Positions 1 to 10,677 are shown, numbered from the stretch's first letter. The stretch is DNA of 42,606 bases from Fidelibacterota bacterium (GCA_034723415.1 JAYEOX010000087.1:1-42606), one strand, 5' to 3'. Translations and numbers: made by a program. Notes: a model not told the origin generated them from the sequence alone.

Positions 1-34
1 TCTTTATTGTTTTAATAAAAAGCTCCGCTTTTTC

Positions 35-118
35 GCATTAACCCTAGTGAAATATGCCTACGGCATTTCACAGGGTAAACACGCCTGCCCCGTAGCGAAG
101 CGTATCGGGGGTTAATGC
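35..118. repeat. Compound stem-loop: 10-bp outer stem enclosing two REP-like palindromes
   Basis: GCATTAACCC (35-44) pairs perfectly with GGGTTAATGC (109-118). Inner hairpins are CCCT-A-GTGAA-AT-ATGCC-TAC-GGCAT-TTCAC-AGGG (42-75) and CCCCG...CGGGG (88-110). GC content is far above the flanks. Confidence 0.6.
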
Positions 119-275
119 ACTCCAAAATTCCCCAAAATTCCCTGACAGGGAATGATAGTCCAACATAGAGCAACGCCTATGTCTAGAATATCGTCATCAA
201 GACTAACTCTGAAGAAGTTAAATAATATTAAACTTCGAAAATTATAATCAAATAAAAGTAAGATAAATATTTTAT

Positions 276-304
276 TTGATAGATTATTTTATTAAATTTA
301 TGAT
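276..304 (+). promoter_or_regulatory. Candidate sigma70 promoter of the mutase operon
   Basis: TTGATA (276-281)-N17-TATGAT (299-304) upstream of the ATG at 337. The AT-rich background lowers specificity. Confidence 0.35.
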
Positions 305-336
305 ATAAATTGATTGAAAATATTATTGAGGCCAAA

Positions 337-1992
337 ATGGAAAAGTCGAACTCAAAACAAGAATGGTTAGATAAAACAAGAAAGCCATTTATTGAAAAAA
401 GGGCAGAGCAAAAAGATAAATTTACAACTTTATCTAATATTAATGTAGAACCCTTATATTCTAAAAGTGATTTAAAAAAAGATGAGAAAGAAAATATCGG
501 TTATCCGGGTGAATATCCATTTACGAGAGGTGTTTATCCATCAATGTATCGTGGACGATATTGGACGATGAGACAATATGCGGGATTCGGTGATGCTAAA
601 CAATCCAATGAACGCTATAAATATTTATTATCTCAGGGACAGACGGGATTGTCCGTGGCCTTTGATCTACCGACTCAAATTGGATATGATTCCAGTGATC
701 AGATCTGTGATGGTGAAGTTGGAAAAGTCGGAGTCGCAATTGATTCGTTAAAAGATATGGAAATATTGTTTGATGGAATTCCGCTTGATAAGGTTTCAAC
801 AAGCATGACAATAAATTCACCGGCTGCAGTTTTATTGGCGATGTATATTGCAGTAGCTGAAAAACAAAATGTTACAAAAGATAAACTAACCGGAACAATT
901 CAAAATGATATACTAAAAGAATACATTGCTAGAGGAACATATATTTTTCCACCGAAACCATCAATGCGATTAATTACGGATATTTTCGAATATTGTTCAA
1001 AAAATGTTCCGCGTTGGAATACTATTTCAATTTCCGGTTACCATATTCGAGAAGCCGGATCAAATGCGATACAGGAGATAGGTTTTACTTTAGCAGATGG
1101 AATTGCCTATGTCGAAGCTGCAATAAATGTTGGTTTGGATGTTGATAAATTTGCTAAACGATTATCATTTTTCTTTAATGCTCATAATAATTTATTTGAA
1201 GAAGTTGCAAAATTTAGAGCTGCTCGTCGATTGTGGGCAAAAATTATGAAAGAAAGATTTGGTGCAAAAGATAAAAAATCATTGATGCTTAGGTTTCACA
1301 CTCAAACCGGGGGTTCAACATTAACAGCTCAACAACCTGACAATAATATTGCAAGAGTTACAATTCAAGCATTATCTGCTGTATTAGGAGGGACTCAATC
1401 ATTGCACACTAATAGTCGTGATGAAGCGTTATCATTACCAACAGAAGATTCTGTGAGAGTTGCTTTGAGAACTCAACAAATTATAGCAAATGAATCGGGA
1501 GTAGCAGATACTGTTGATCCGCTTGGCGGTTCGTATTTTGTAGAATCATTGACAGATAAACTTGAAAAATATGCGATGGAATATATCGAAAAAATAGATG
1601 AAATGGGTGGAATGATAGAAGCAATAGAAAAGGGATATGTACAGAGAGAAATTCAAAAGGAAGCATATCGTTTTCAAAAAGAGATGGAAAATGAAGACAG
1701 AATTATAGTTGGAATGAATAAGTATCAAATAAAAGAAGAGCCACCGAAAAATCTATTAAAAATTGATCCCGCTATTCAAAAAAACCAGATAGAGAAGTTA
1801 AAAGATTTAAAAGAAAAGAGAGATAATAAATTAGTTAAAAGATCATTACAAGAATTAAAAGAAGCAGCTAAAGGTAACGAAAATTTGATGCCATATATTA
1901 TTAACTCAGTGAAAGCATATTCAACAATTGGTGAAATTTCCAATATTTTAAAAGAGATATTTGGGGAATATAATGAAAATGTGGTTGTATAA
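337..1992 (+). CDS. mcmA: Methylmalonyl-CoA mutase, large (substrate-binding) subunit; no B12-binding domain
   Basis: Motifs [51 protein letters not shown]. The ATG at 337 follows GAGG and is more likely than the TTG at 310. Confidence 0.93.
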   Translation: MEKSNSKQEWLDKTRKPFIEKRAEQKDKFTTLSNINVEPLYSKSDLKKDEKENIGYPGEYPFTRGVYPSMYRGRYWTMRQYAGFGDAKQSNERYKYLLSQGQTGLSVAFDLPTQIGYDSSDQICDGEVGKVGVAIDSLKDMEILFDGIPLDKVSTSMTINSPAAVLLAMYIAVAEKQNVTKDKLTGTIQNDILKEYIARGTYIFPPKPSMRLITDIFEYCSKNVPRWNTISISGYHIREAGSNAIQEIGFTLADGIAYVEAAINVGLDVDKFAKRLSFFFNAHNNLFEEVAKFRAARRLWAKIMKERFGAKDKKSLMLRFHTQTGGSTLTAQQPDNNIARVTIQALSAVLGGTQSLHTNSRDEALSLPTEDSVRVALRTQQIIANESGVADTVDPLGGSYFVESLTDKLEKYAMEYIEKIDEMGGMIEAIEKGYVQREIQKEAYRFQKEMENEDRIIVGMNKYQIKEEPPKNLLKIDPAIQKNQIEKLKDLKEKRDNKLVKRSLQELKEAAKGNENLMPYIINSVKAYSTIGEISNILKEIFGEYNENVVV

Positions 1993-2035
1993 TATAATTA
2001 ATCTATTTATCTTTATTCATTAATTTTGAGGGAGA

Positions 2036-2437
2036 ATGATTAAAAAAATATCACACATTGGCATAGCAGTAAAATCTATAGATGAACAATTACCATATTA
2101 TCGAGATGCCTTGGGATTGAAATTTACAGGAACAGAGATAGTTAAAGATCAAAAAGTAAAGGTAGCATTTTTTGATGTTGGTGAAGCACGAATTGAACTG
2201 TTAGAGCCAATTTCAGATGACAGCCCGGTGGCAAAATTCATTGATAAAAAAGGTGAGGGAATTCATCATTTAGCTTATGGAGTTGAAAATATTAGCGAAT
2301 CAATTAAGAAAATGAAAGAAGCTGATAAAAAGATGATAGATCAAAAGCCAAGATTAGGAGCAGGAAATCACCAGATTGCATTTTTGCATCCCAAATCGAC
2401 TTTTCGTGTATTAACAGAATTAACTGAAGAACATTAA
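2036..2437 (+). CDS. mce: Methylmalonyl-CoA epimerase (VOC family)
   Basis: HIGIAV, ELLEP, GEGIHH, FLHPKST motifs; operon context; GGGAG RBS. Confidence 0.93.
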   Translation: MIKKISHIGIAVKSIDEQLPYYRDALGLKFTGTEIVKDQKVKVAFFDVGEARIELLEPISDDSPVAKFIDKKGEGIHHLAYGVENISESIKKMKEADKKMIDQKPRLGAGNHQIAFLHPKSTFRVLTELTEEH

Positions 2438-2492
2438 TTTATGATCAAATTATTTAAAGAAAAATTATTTTTATGAAGGGAGCGTATGAGTT

Positions 2493-4040
2493 ATGAGTAT
2501 GCATAAAAAAATAGATGAATTAATAAATAAAAGACAAGAAGCACGACTCGGTGGTGGAGAAAAAAGAATAGAGAAGCAACATGAAAAAGGAAAATATACT
2601 GCAAGAGAACGATTAGAGATGCTGTTGGATCAAGATTCTTTTGAAGAATTCGATATGTTCGTTACACATAGAGCTACTGATTTTGGTTTAGAAAAAAAAC
2701 ATTTTTCGGGTGATGCAGTCGTTACCGGTTATGGAACTATCAATGGCAGATTGGTTTATGTATTCGCTCAAAATTTCACAGTTCTCGGTGGAAGTTTAGG
2801 TGAAGCAGTTTCTAATAAAATTTGCAAAATAATGGATAAAGCAATGAAAAATGGTGCGCCGGTAATTGGAATTAATGATTCCGGGGGAGCAAGAATTCAA
2901 GAAGGAGTGATGTCATTATTTGGTTATGGTGAGATCTTTCAGAGAAATGTTGAAGCATCCGGAGTTATTCCTCAAATATCATTGATCTTAGGTCCTTGTG
3001 CAGGCGGAGCGGTTTATAGTCCGGCAATTACCGATTTTGTAGTGATGGCAAAGGATTCATCTTATATGTTTATTACAGGTCCAAAAGTAGTGAAAACTGT
3101 AACAAATGAAGATGTTACTGTAGAAGAATTGGGTGGTGCAATGATGCATGCTTCTCAATCCGGAGTAGCTCATTTTGTTCGTGAATCTGAAGAAAATGCA
3201 ATATTCTTGATCCGAAAGTTGATTTCTTATATTCCACAAAATAATTTTGAAGACACACCACGTGTTTCCTGTAAAGATCCAATAGATAGAATGTCTGATG
3301 AGTTAAATGATATTATTCCTGAATCTCCAAACAAACCGTATAATATGAAACAAATCATTCTCGATATGGCTGATAATAATGAATTTCTTGAGGTCTCAAA
3401 AAGTTATGCTCCAAATATTATTGTTGGTTTTGCTCGCTTTAATGGACAATCTGTAGGTATCGTTGCAAATCAGCCAAGTTATCTTGCCGGAGTTCTTGAT
3501 ATTAAAGCAAGTGTAAAAGCAGCGAGATTTGTTCGATTTTGTGATGCATTTAATATTCCTCTATTAACTTTGGTGGATGTCCCGGGATTTATGCCAGGTA
3601 CTTCTCAAGAATATGATGGAATAATTGCTCATGGTGCAAAATTGATATATGCTTATGCTGAAGCAACAGTTCCCAAAATTACAATTATTACTCGAAAAGC
3701 TTATGGCGGTGCTTATATTGTAATGAGTAGTAAGCATTTAAAAAGTGACATAAATTATGCTTGGCCAACTTCTGAAATTGCTGTAATGGGCGCAAAAGGA
3801 GCAGTAGAAATATTATATCGTAAAGAATTAAAAGATGATGTTAATGGTGAAAAAGAGAAAAAATTACAAGATGAATATAGAGAAAAGTTTGCAAATCCAT
3901 ATATTGCTGCAAGTAATGGATTTGTTGATGATATAATAGAACCAAAGAATAGCCGTTTTAGAATTATTAGAGCTTTAGAAAGTTTAACTAATAAAAAAGA
4001 ATCCAGACCGATGAAAAAACATGGAAATATTCCATTATAA
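2493..4040 (+). CDS. mmdA: Methylmalonyl-CoA decarboxylase alpha subunit (carboxyltransferase)
   Basis: [43 protein letters not shown]; followed by delta, gamma and beta subunits. Confidence 0.9.
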   Translation: MSMHKKIDELINKRQEARLGGGEKRIEKQHEKGKYTARERLEMLLDQDSFEEFDMFVTHRATDFGLEKKHFSGDAVVTGYGTINGRLVYVFAQNFTVLGGSLGEAVSNKICKIMDKAMKNGAPVIGINDSGGARIQEGVMSLFGYGEIFQRNVEASGVIPQISLILGPCAGGAVYSPAITDFVVMAKDSSYMFITGPKVVKTVTNEDVTVEELGGAMMHASQSGVAHFVRESEENAIFLIRKLISYIPQNNFEDTPRVSCKDPIDRMSDELNDIIPESPNKPYNMKQIILDMADNNEFLEVSKSYAPNIIVGFARFNGQSVGIVANQPSYLAGVLDIKASVKAARFVRFCDAFNIPLLTLVDVPGFMPGTSQEYDGIIAHGAKLIYAYAEATVPKITIITRKAYGGAYIVMSSKHLKSDINYAWPTSEIAVMGAKGAVEILYRKELKDDVNGEKEKKLQDEYREKFANPYIAASNGFVDDIIEPKNSRFRIIRALESLTNKKESRPMKKHGNIPL

Positions 4041-4066
4041 TAAAATTAATAATTAAAATCGAGTGA

Positions 4067-4489
4067 GTGATGTGTAAAATCATTAAAAAATATTTACTGT
4101 TCATTATGTTGTTTACTATACTTGCGTTTGGAAGTAATTCCGAAGTAAGCAATATTTATATGATTGCTTTATTTGGAATAATTATTGTAATGATATCATT
4201 GGTCGTGATTTATTTTTTTATGCAATTTGTTACTTGGGTTATTAAATATTTAAAGTATAGGCAGTTAAAAACGGTTAGGAAAAAGAAAAACAAGTTAAGA
4301 ATGATAAAGATTGAGGATAATTGCCCTGATATGAAAACTGTATTGGCTATCAGTACCGCTATTCATATGGAAATGAAATATAAGATGGAAGAAGAAAATG
4401 CAATATTGACTATTAATAAATTGATAAGACCTTATTCGCCATGGTCGAGTAAAATTTTGTCAATGAGAAAAGTTCCCGATAGAAGATAG
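4067..4489 (+). CDS. mmdD: OadG/MmdD-family membrane subunit of the Na+-translocating decarboxylase
   Basis: Hydrophobic segment, then a C-terminal AISTAIH...YSPWSSKILSMR motif; sits between the carboxyltransferase and the biotin carrier. Confidence 0.75.
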   Translation: MMCKIIKKYLLFIMLFTILAFGSNSEVSNIYMIALFGIIIVMISLVVIYFFMQFVTWVIKYLKYRQLKTVRKKKNKLRMIKIEDNCPDMKTVLAISTAIHMEMKYKMEEENAILTINKLIRPYSPWSSKILSMRKVPDRR

Positions 4490-4564
4490 AAATAATTTTA
4501 TTTTACTTTATAAAACTGAGAATATTTTGATAAAAATTAATATAAATAAATTTCGGAGAAAAAA

Positions 4565-5005
4565 ATGAAAAGATATAAATTTTCAATTAATGGCAGTCGT
4601 TTTGATGTAAATATAAAATCGTTAAGTTCCAATACTGCTGTTGTCAATTGCAATGGACAGGATTATGAAGTTGATATCTTAAATACCGAAAAAGAGAAAG
4701 TTTCACCTAAATTAAAAACAACGGAGGAAAAAGAGCAAGTAACACAAGTATCTCCAACTCCTGCCAAAAGTAAAAAAAAATCAGCGGGTTCAAAATCCAT
4801 TAAAGCTCCAATTCCCGGTGTGATTATTAAAATATTAGTGAATAAAGGCGATCAAGTAGAAAGCGGAAAAGTTGTTGCTGTAATGGAAGCAATGAAGATG
4901 GAAAACGACATTTTATCAACAGGAGATGGAAAGATCAAGTCCATAAATGTAAAAGAAGGCGATTCTATCTTAGAAGGTGGAGTAATTATGGAATTAGAAG
5001 ATTAA
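4565..5005 (+). CDS. mmdC: Biotin carboxyl carrier subunit (gamma)
   Basis: EAMKME biotinylation motif, APIPG, linker region. Confidence 0.9.
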   Translation: MKRYKFSINGSRFDVNIKSLSSNTAVVNCNGQDYEVDILNTEKEKVSPKLKTTEEKEQVTQVSPTPAKSKKKSAGSKSIKAPIPGVIIKILVNKGDQVESGKVVAVMEAMKMENDILSTGDGKIKSINVKEGDSILEGGVIMELED

Positions 5006-5034
5006 TTAATATATAAATAATAAGGTATAGACAA

Positions 5035-6171
5035 ATGGATATTGTAATAGAATTTTTGAAATATTCCGGATTTGCAAATGTTACTTGGGGACACATTATT
5101 ATGATCTTAGCCGGTGGAGTATGTATATATTTAGGAATTGCAAAAAATTATGAACCATTATTATTAATCCCAATTGGTTTTGGTATTATCATTGGCAATA
5201 TTCCATTTTTAGAATCCGCAGGAATGCAAATTGGAATTTATGAAGATGGATCTGTAATGAATTATTTATATTTTGGTGTATTAAAAGGTGTTTATCCACC
5301 ATTGATATTTTTAGGAATTGGTGCAATGACGGATTTTTCTGCTTTATTATCCAATCCTAAACTTGTTGTTCTTGGTGCTGCTGCTCAAATAGGTATTTTT
5401 CTTACATTCATTGGTGCAAATGCTTTAGGATTTAGCCCAATGGAAAGTGGAGCAATTGGAATTATTGGAGGAGCCGATGGGCCGACAGCAATTTTTTTAT
5501 CATCTAAACTTGCTCCGCATCTGATGGGTGCAATTGCAATCGCTGCATATTCATATATGGCATTAGTTCCGGTTATTCAACCACCACTTATGAAATTATT
5601 TACAACACAAGAAGAGCGAAAAATGAAAATGAAACCAGTTAGACAGGTAAAAAAAGTAGAGAAAATTTTATTTCCGATCTTAGGATTTATAGTTACTAGC
5701 TTTATTTCTCCCGGTGCTTTACCACTACTCGGAATGTTGTTTTTCGGGAATTTATTAAAGGAGAGTGGAGTTACAGGAAGATTAGCAAAAACGGCAAGAA
5801 ATTCACTTATAGATATTGTAACAATCTTACTTGGAGTTACTGTGGGGGCATCTACGCAAGCTACAACATTTTTGACAAAAGGGTCATTATTTATTTTTAT
5901 TTTGGGAGCAATTTCATTTATGATTGCTACTTCAGGTGGAATACTTTTTGCAAAATTTATGAATTTGTTTTTGAAAGAAGGAAATAAGATAAATCCACTT
6001 TGCGGTGCTGCCGGTGTAAGTGCAGTTCCGGATTCAGCTCGAGTTGTTCAACATGTCGGAGCTCAATATGATAGAACAAATTATTTATTGATGCACGCCA
6101 TGGGTCCGAATGTTGCAGGTGTAATTGGTTCGGCAGTTAGTGCTGGAATATTATTGGCTGTATTAAAATAA
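5035..6171 (+). CDS. mmdB: Na+-translocating decarboxylase beta subunit (OadB/MmdB)
   Basis: YEPLLLIPIGFG, GAMTDF, IGIIGGADGPT, HAMGPNVAGVIGSA; polytopic membrane protein. Confidence 0.95.
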   Translation: MDIVIEFLKYSGFANVTWGHIIMILAGGVCIYLGIAKNYEPLLLIPIGFGIIIGNIPFLESAGMQIGIYEDGSVMNYLYFGVLKGVYPPLIFLGIGAMTDFSALLSNPKLVVLGAAAQIGIFLTFIGANALGFSPMESGAIGIIGGADGPTAIFLSSKLAPHLMGAIAIAAYSYMALVPVIQPPLMKLFTTQEERKMKMKPVRQVKKVEKILFPILGFIVTSFISPGALPLLGMLFFGNLLKESGVTGRLAKTARNSLIDIVTILLGVTVGASTQATTFLTKGSLFIFILGAISFMIATSGGILFAKFMNLFLKEGNKINPLCGAAGVSAVPDSARVVQHVGAQYDRTNYLLMHAMGPNVAGVIGSAVSAGILLAVLK

Positions 6172-6326
6172 TGGAGTTTTTTAAAAAAATGGTGAATATT
6201 CAATTAATTAAAAAAATATTTTGTAATTAAGTATAAAAGACAGTATATTTTTTTAATATTTATTGGAATTTAATTAAATTATATCTACATTTAATTGATT
6301 AAGAAAAAAATTAAAAGGAGGAAAAG

Positions 6327-7178
6327 ATGAAGAAGCAATTTTTAGTGAGTTTAATACTAATTTTCAGTGTTGTGTTTTTTACCCAAATTTTAATGGCGGA
6401 AACTTCCAGCCAAGATAAAATACAGAGTAAGCAAATAAAAGTAATTGTTGCAGAATTGGATAGAGTTGGTAAAAACGTAAAAAAAATTGACAATCAAATA
6501 AAAACAATAGTTAAGAAAATTGGTGAATTGGAAGGGAAAGTTAGTGTTTTAGAAAACGATAAAATGAATGAAGAAAATTTAAACATTATTCTCAATAAAG
6601 TTAAAGAAAATATTGATAATACAAATATACTTGAGAAGAAGCAAAAATTATTATTTAAAGGTATGGCTGAACTAGAAAGAGGGAAAACAGATTCTAGTAT
6701 TTCTGTAGATGATAATGCAATTCTTTCAATGAAGGAAACTATAAGCTCTTTAAAACAAGAAGTTAGTGAAATTAAATCTCAATTATCTTCAGAAGTTAAA
6801 GAAGTTAAAAAGATATCTCCAATTTCATATCAAGATGCAAGAAATGATTTTTCTAATAAAAAATATAAAAAAGCTCTTTCAAAATTTCGTACTTTGGTTA
6901 ATAGTGCAAATGCTAAATTAAAAGATAATTCTCAATATTGGCTTGCAGAGTGTTATTATGCTTTAGGTGAATATGATAAATCAATAAATGAATTCGAAAA
7001 GGTCTTTTCTTATGATGAAACAGATAAATATGATGATGCACAACTAAAATTAGGATACTGTTATAGACAGTTAAAGAATAATCGTCGAGCTGTCGAAGAA
7101 TTTGAGAGATTAATACAGTATTATCCCGAGAGTGAATATAGAAATACTGCATTAAAACAAATTTCAATTTTAAAATGA
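6327..7178 (+). CDS. Secreted coiled-coil + TPR protein (CpoB/YbgF-like)
   Basis: Signal peptide, long coiled coil, C-terminal TPRs (NSQYWLAECYY, AQLKLGYCY, YPESEY); AGGAGG RBS. Confidence 0.75.
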   Translation: MKKQFLVSLILIFSVVFFTQILMAETSSQDKIQSKQIKVIVAELDRVGKNVKKIDNQIKTIVKKIGELEGKVSVLENDKMNEENLNIILNKVKENIDNTNILEKKQKLLFKGMAELERGKTDSSISVDDNAILSMKETISSLKQEVSEIKSQLSSEVKEVKKISPISYQDARNDFSNKKYKKALSKFRTLVNSANAKLKDNSQYWLAECYYALGEYDKSINEFEKVFSYDETDKYDDAQLKLGYCYRQLKNNRRAVEEFERLIQYYPESEYRNTALKQISILK

Positions 7179-7208
7179 TTTTTTCCTAAATATTATTTTA
7201 ATTAATAA

Positions 7209-9392
7209 TTGTTGAAAAAAGTGAATAATAAAAGAAAAAAAAATACAGCTGTACTTGCAGTTTTGGGTGCAGCTGTTATTGTTATTATATTGATATTATT
7301 CTCATTTAGTAATCTTTATAAGCATATAGAATATGCAGCTGTTGATTTAAAATGGCATAAATTTTACGATTCTGCAAAAAGTGATACCAATATAGTAATA
7401 ATAGCAATTGATAATAAATCTATAGATTATTTTTCTTCTGATAAATACATGATTAATTGGCCGTGGCCTCGTGAATTTTATGCATTTGTTCTTGATTATT
7501 TAAATGCTGCCGGTGCAAAATCAGTTATGTTTGATATGTTATTTAGTCAATCAGAAATTGCTCGGTTAGAAGTGGATTCAGAGAGTTCAAATAAAAATTT
7601 TGGTAATTCTATTGCGAATAATGGAGAGGTTATTTTAGGAGCAAATGCAATTGATTCTACAACTAATTTTAAAAAAAGTAATTATGATAAATATACACTA
7701 AATTTTGAAAATTCAGAATTGTTTCCTGCCGAAGAATATCCATCCATTTCTTTACCAATGCCTATATTAACTGAAGGTGTTGCATCTATTGGTGCAACCG
7801 GATTTACTTATGATAATGATGGAGTTTGTCGCAGAGCACCTTTAATAGTTAGAATTGGAGATAAGCTATTTCCGCAATTAGCTTTTGCTGCCTATCTTTA
7901 CACTGCCAAAGATTCTGTATTAAAATATGATGAAAATAAAAATGTTCTAATCACAAAAAAAAGTAAAATTCCTTTAGATAAAGATGGGAATTATCGAATT
8001 TATTGGTATGGGCCCGGTGGAGAAAGTAAATTAGGAACATATCGCTACGATTCTTTCCATGCTGTTTTTCTATCTGCTATTCAGTATAAACAAGGGATGA
8101 AACCACAGATACCGTTTTCTGAATATAAGAATAAAAATATATTGATTTGTGCTTCTGCATCGGGATTATTAGATCTGAAAGTTACTCCGTTTACTTCTAT
8201 CGCTCCATTTCCGGGCGGAGAAATTCATACTACATTATTTGACAATTTGTTAAATCATAATCGGTTAAGATCAGCTTCAGATATGTTAATCTATTCATTA
8301 ACTTTTTTTCTATTGATCTTAATCAGCTATTTATTCTTAACGAAAGAATTAAAATATTCATTGAGCGCTGCTATTTCATCAATAATTGTTGTTATTTCAG
8401 TGAATTTTTTAATATTTGCCAAGTTTTCAATAAATTTCGATTTCGTTTTTCCTGTTTTAGGACTCATTCTAATTAGTGCAAGTTCCTCAATGTATAAAAT
8501 GTTAACTGAAGGGAAAGCAAGGAAACAGATAAAAACGATTTTTTCAAGATATCTTGATAAGGGTGTAATTGATTTATTAATGAAAGATCCTGATAAAATA
8601 GATTTAGCGGGGTCAGAGGTAACCGGTACGGTTCTGTTTACAGATCTACAAGGATTTACTACATATTCTGAAAAGAAAAACCCAAAAAAAGTAATCGAAA
8701 CATTAAATAAATATTTTCACATAATTACTTCTATAGTTTTAAAAAATGGTGGAATGTTAGATAAATATACAGGTGATGGAATTATGGCAATTTTTGGAGC
8801 TCCTATAGAAAGAAAAGATCATGCCAAAGCTGCTTGTGAAGTCATTTTATCTTTTCGTGAACAAAAAGTCAATGAACTTATTCCCTCTGAAAAATCTATG
8901 ATCAAAACTCGTATTGGTATAAATAGTGGCGAAATGGTCGTTGGAAATTTAGGAAGTGAAAAACGAATGGATTATACAGCAATTGGTGATACTGTAAATT
9001 TATCTGCTCGATTAGAAGGAGTAAATAAAAGTTATGGAATTACAAATATGATAAGCGAAAGTACCTGGAAATATGTACAAGACGATTATTATTTTAGAGA
9101 AGTAGATCTCATTCGTGTGAAAGGGAAACATTTGCCGATAAAAATATTTACATTAGTTGATAGAATTGAAAATATGACAAAAGAAAAAATTGAAATTGAA
9201 AATAGATTTAATAATGCTTTGAATGTTTATCGTACTCGTGATTGGAAAAAGGCAATAAAAGCGTTTGAAAATGTTTTGGAAATATCTGAAGATGATACTC
9301 CTTCAAAAGCATTTATAGATAGGTGTGCATTTTTGAAAAAAACACCGGAATTAGTTGATGAACAGGGAGTTTTCACTTTTAAAACAAAATAA
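7209..9392 (+). CDS. CHASE2-domain class III adenylate/guanylate cyclase with a C-terminal TPR-like helix pair
   Basis: CHASE2 motifs IVIIAID, WPWPRE, FDMLF, DGVCRR, PGGEIH; three TM helices; cyclase motifs FTDLQGFT, DKYTGDGIM, YTAIGDTVNLSARLEG. Confidence 0.92.
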   Translation: MLKKVNNKRKKNTAVLAVLGAAVIVIILILFSFSNLYKHIEYAAVDLKWHKFYDSAKSDTNIVIIAIDNKSIDYFSSDKYMINWPWPREFYAFVLDYLNAAGAKSVMFDMLFSQSEIARLEVDSESSNKNFGNSIANNGEVILGANAIDSTTNFKKSNYDKYTLNFENSELFPAEEYPSISLPMPILTEGVASIGATGFTYDNDGVCRRAPLIVRIGDKLFPQLAFAAYLYTAKDSVLKYDENKNVLITKKSKIPLDKDGNYRIYWYGPGGESKLGTYRYDSFHAVFLSAIQYKQGMKPQIPFSEYKNKNILICASASGLLDLKVTPFTSIAPFPGGEIHTTLFDNLLNHNRLRSASDMLIYSLTFFLLILISYLFLTKELKYSLSAAISSIIVVISVNFLIFAKFSINFDFVFPVLGLILISASSSMYKMLTEGKARKQIKTIFSRYLDKGVIDLLMKDPDKIDLAGSEVTGTVLFTDLQGFTTYSEKKNPKKVIETLNKYFHIITSIVLKNGGMLDKYTGDGIMAIFGAPIERKDHAKAACEVILSFREQKVNELIPSEKSMIKTRIGINSGEMVVGNLGSEKRMDYTAIGDTVNLSARLEGVNKSYGITNMISESTWKYVQDDYYFREVDLIRVKGKHLPIKIFTLVDRIENMTKEKIEIENRFNNALNVYRTRDWKKAIKAFENVLEISEDDTPSKAFIDRCAFLKKTPELVDEQGVFTFKTK

Positions 9393-9459
9393 TATTTAAT
9401 CGGGAAATTTATTGTATAATTGTTTCAGTTATTGTAAACTTAATTAATTATAAGGGAGG

Positions 9460-10677
9460 TTGGTTATGAAAAAGAAAATTTTATTTGTTATTATTGCAGT
9501 AGTTGTAATAATTGCAACTTTAATTGCTGCACAAGTTGTTAATAATAATATAACTTTGCGTAGTGGGAAAGGAGCATTTTATCCCGTTGTGACAGTGTTA
9601 AATAGAGGCGATAATGTTACAATATTAGAAGATGGCGAATCTTGGAAAAATGTTCAGACCACAAAAGGAGAGAAGGGTTGGATATCATCTAATGCTTTTG
9701 TAAAAGTTGAAGGGACAATTGATTATGGAGAGATGGCTAAAGATATATCAGGAAAAAAGGCATCAACAACTCTGGTAACCGCTGCTGTTAAGGGATTTTT
9801 TGAAAATAAATTGGGTGATGAGTCATTAAATAAGGAAATTTTTCAGCATCCCCGTAAAAATTATGTAATACCAAGTTTATATTTAAAATTTAAACAGGAA
9901 ACTTACAAAGATAGATGGAGTGTCAGAAAATTTCAGAGAAAATATAGAATATCCGATCCAAAACCGTTTGTTATTGATGAATCATTATTCGCAGTGAGTA
10001 GTTACATCGCTGCAAAATTAACTGCTGATGGTGTAATTACGGATCAAATAAAATTGAATTATGTGAATAATATTGCTCAATTAATTATAGAAAATACGGA
10101 ATATTATGACTTGCCGATTTGTGTCCATATTGTTGATAGTGATAAATTAATTGTAAATGCCTTGCCCATTGGAGTAATTGTAATATCTAATGGAATGTTA
10201 AAAGAGTGTAAAAACGAGAGTGAATTAGCATGTTTGATCGGTCACGAAATTTCACATATTACTTTACAGCATGGAAATATTGAAGCTGCAAAAAGAAAAG
10301 TTAAATTAAAAGCAGAAGAGGCATTTAGTGAATTGGACGAAGCTTTTGGAACAGATACTAAAGAGATGGACGAATTAGCAAATCAAATGTATGAAAGATC
10401 CATAAAAGGTCGTAAGGAAAAGTATGAAATGGAAGCTGATAGAATGGGAGTTATCTATGCATATAGAGCCGGTTATGATGTCAGAGGATTAACCAATGTA
10501 ATGAAAAGATTGGAATCTAAAATGCCAAGAAGCCATAGTATTGAAGATGCAACTCACTGGTTTCCGTATTCATTCAAGGATAGAATTATTGCATTAGAAA
10601 AATTTATTTATAAAGAATTGAAAGATAGAGATGAATATCTGAAGTTTGAAAAAAGGTTTGAGAAGAATATTCGTTAA
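9460..10677 (+). CDS. Exported SH3b domain + M48-family zinc metallopeptidase
   Basis: Signal/anchor; SH3b-like LRSGKG...W..V...GEKGWIS; VNALPIG.I.IS.G; GHEISH (HExxH); EMEAD. The ATG at 9466 is an alternative start. Confidence 0.82.
   Translation: MVMKKKILFVIIAVVVIIATLIAAQVVNNNITLRSGKGAFYPVVTVLNRGDNVTILEDGESWKNVQTTKGEKGWISSNAFVKVEGTIDYGEMAKDISGKKASTTLVTAAVKGFFENKLGDESLNKEIFQHPRKNYVIPSLYLKFKQETYKDRWSVRKFQRKYRISDPKPFVIDESLFAVSSYIAAKLTADGVITDQIKLNYVNNIAQLIIENTEYYDLPICVHIVDSDKLIVNALPIGVIVISNGMLKECKNESELACLIGHEISHITLQHGNIEAAKRKVKLKAEEAFSELDEAFGTDTKEMDELANQMYERSIKGRKEKYEMEADRMGVIYAYRAGYDVRGLTNVMKRLESKMPRSHSIEDATHWFPYSFKDRIIALEKFIYKELKDRDEYLKFEKRFEKNIR

Noticed and set aside
17..246. Cobalamin riboswitch upstream of the B12-dependent mutase
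   Set aside because: The conserved B12-element motifs (GCCACTG, GGGAAG box) were not found in the required order on either strand.
310..336. TTG start extension of the mutase
   Set aside because: The ATG at 337 has a GAGG RBS, and the TTG lies immediately after the putative -10 box.
1..2000. GATC over-representation
   Set aside because: A hand count of about 6 in the first 2 kb equals the compositional expectation.
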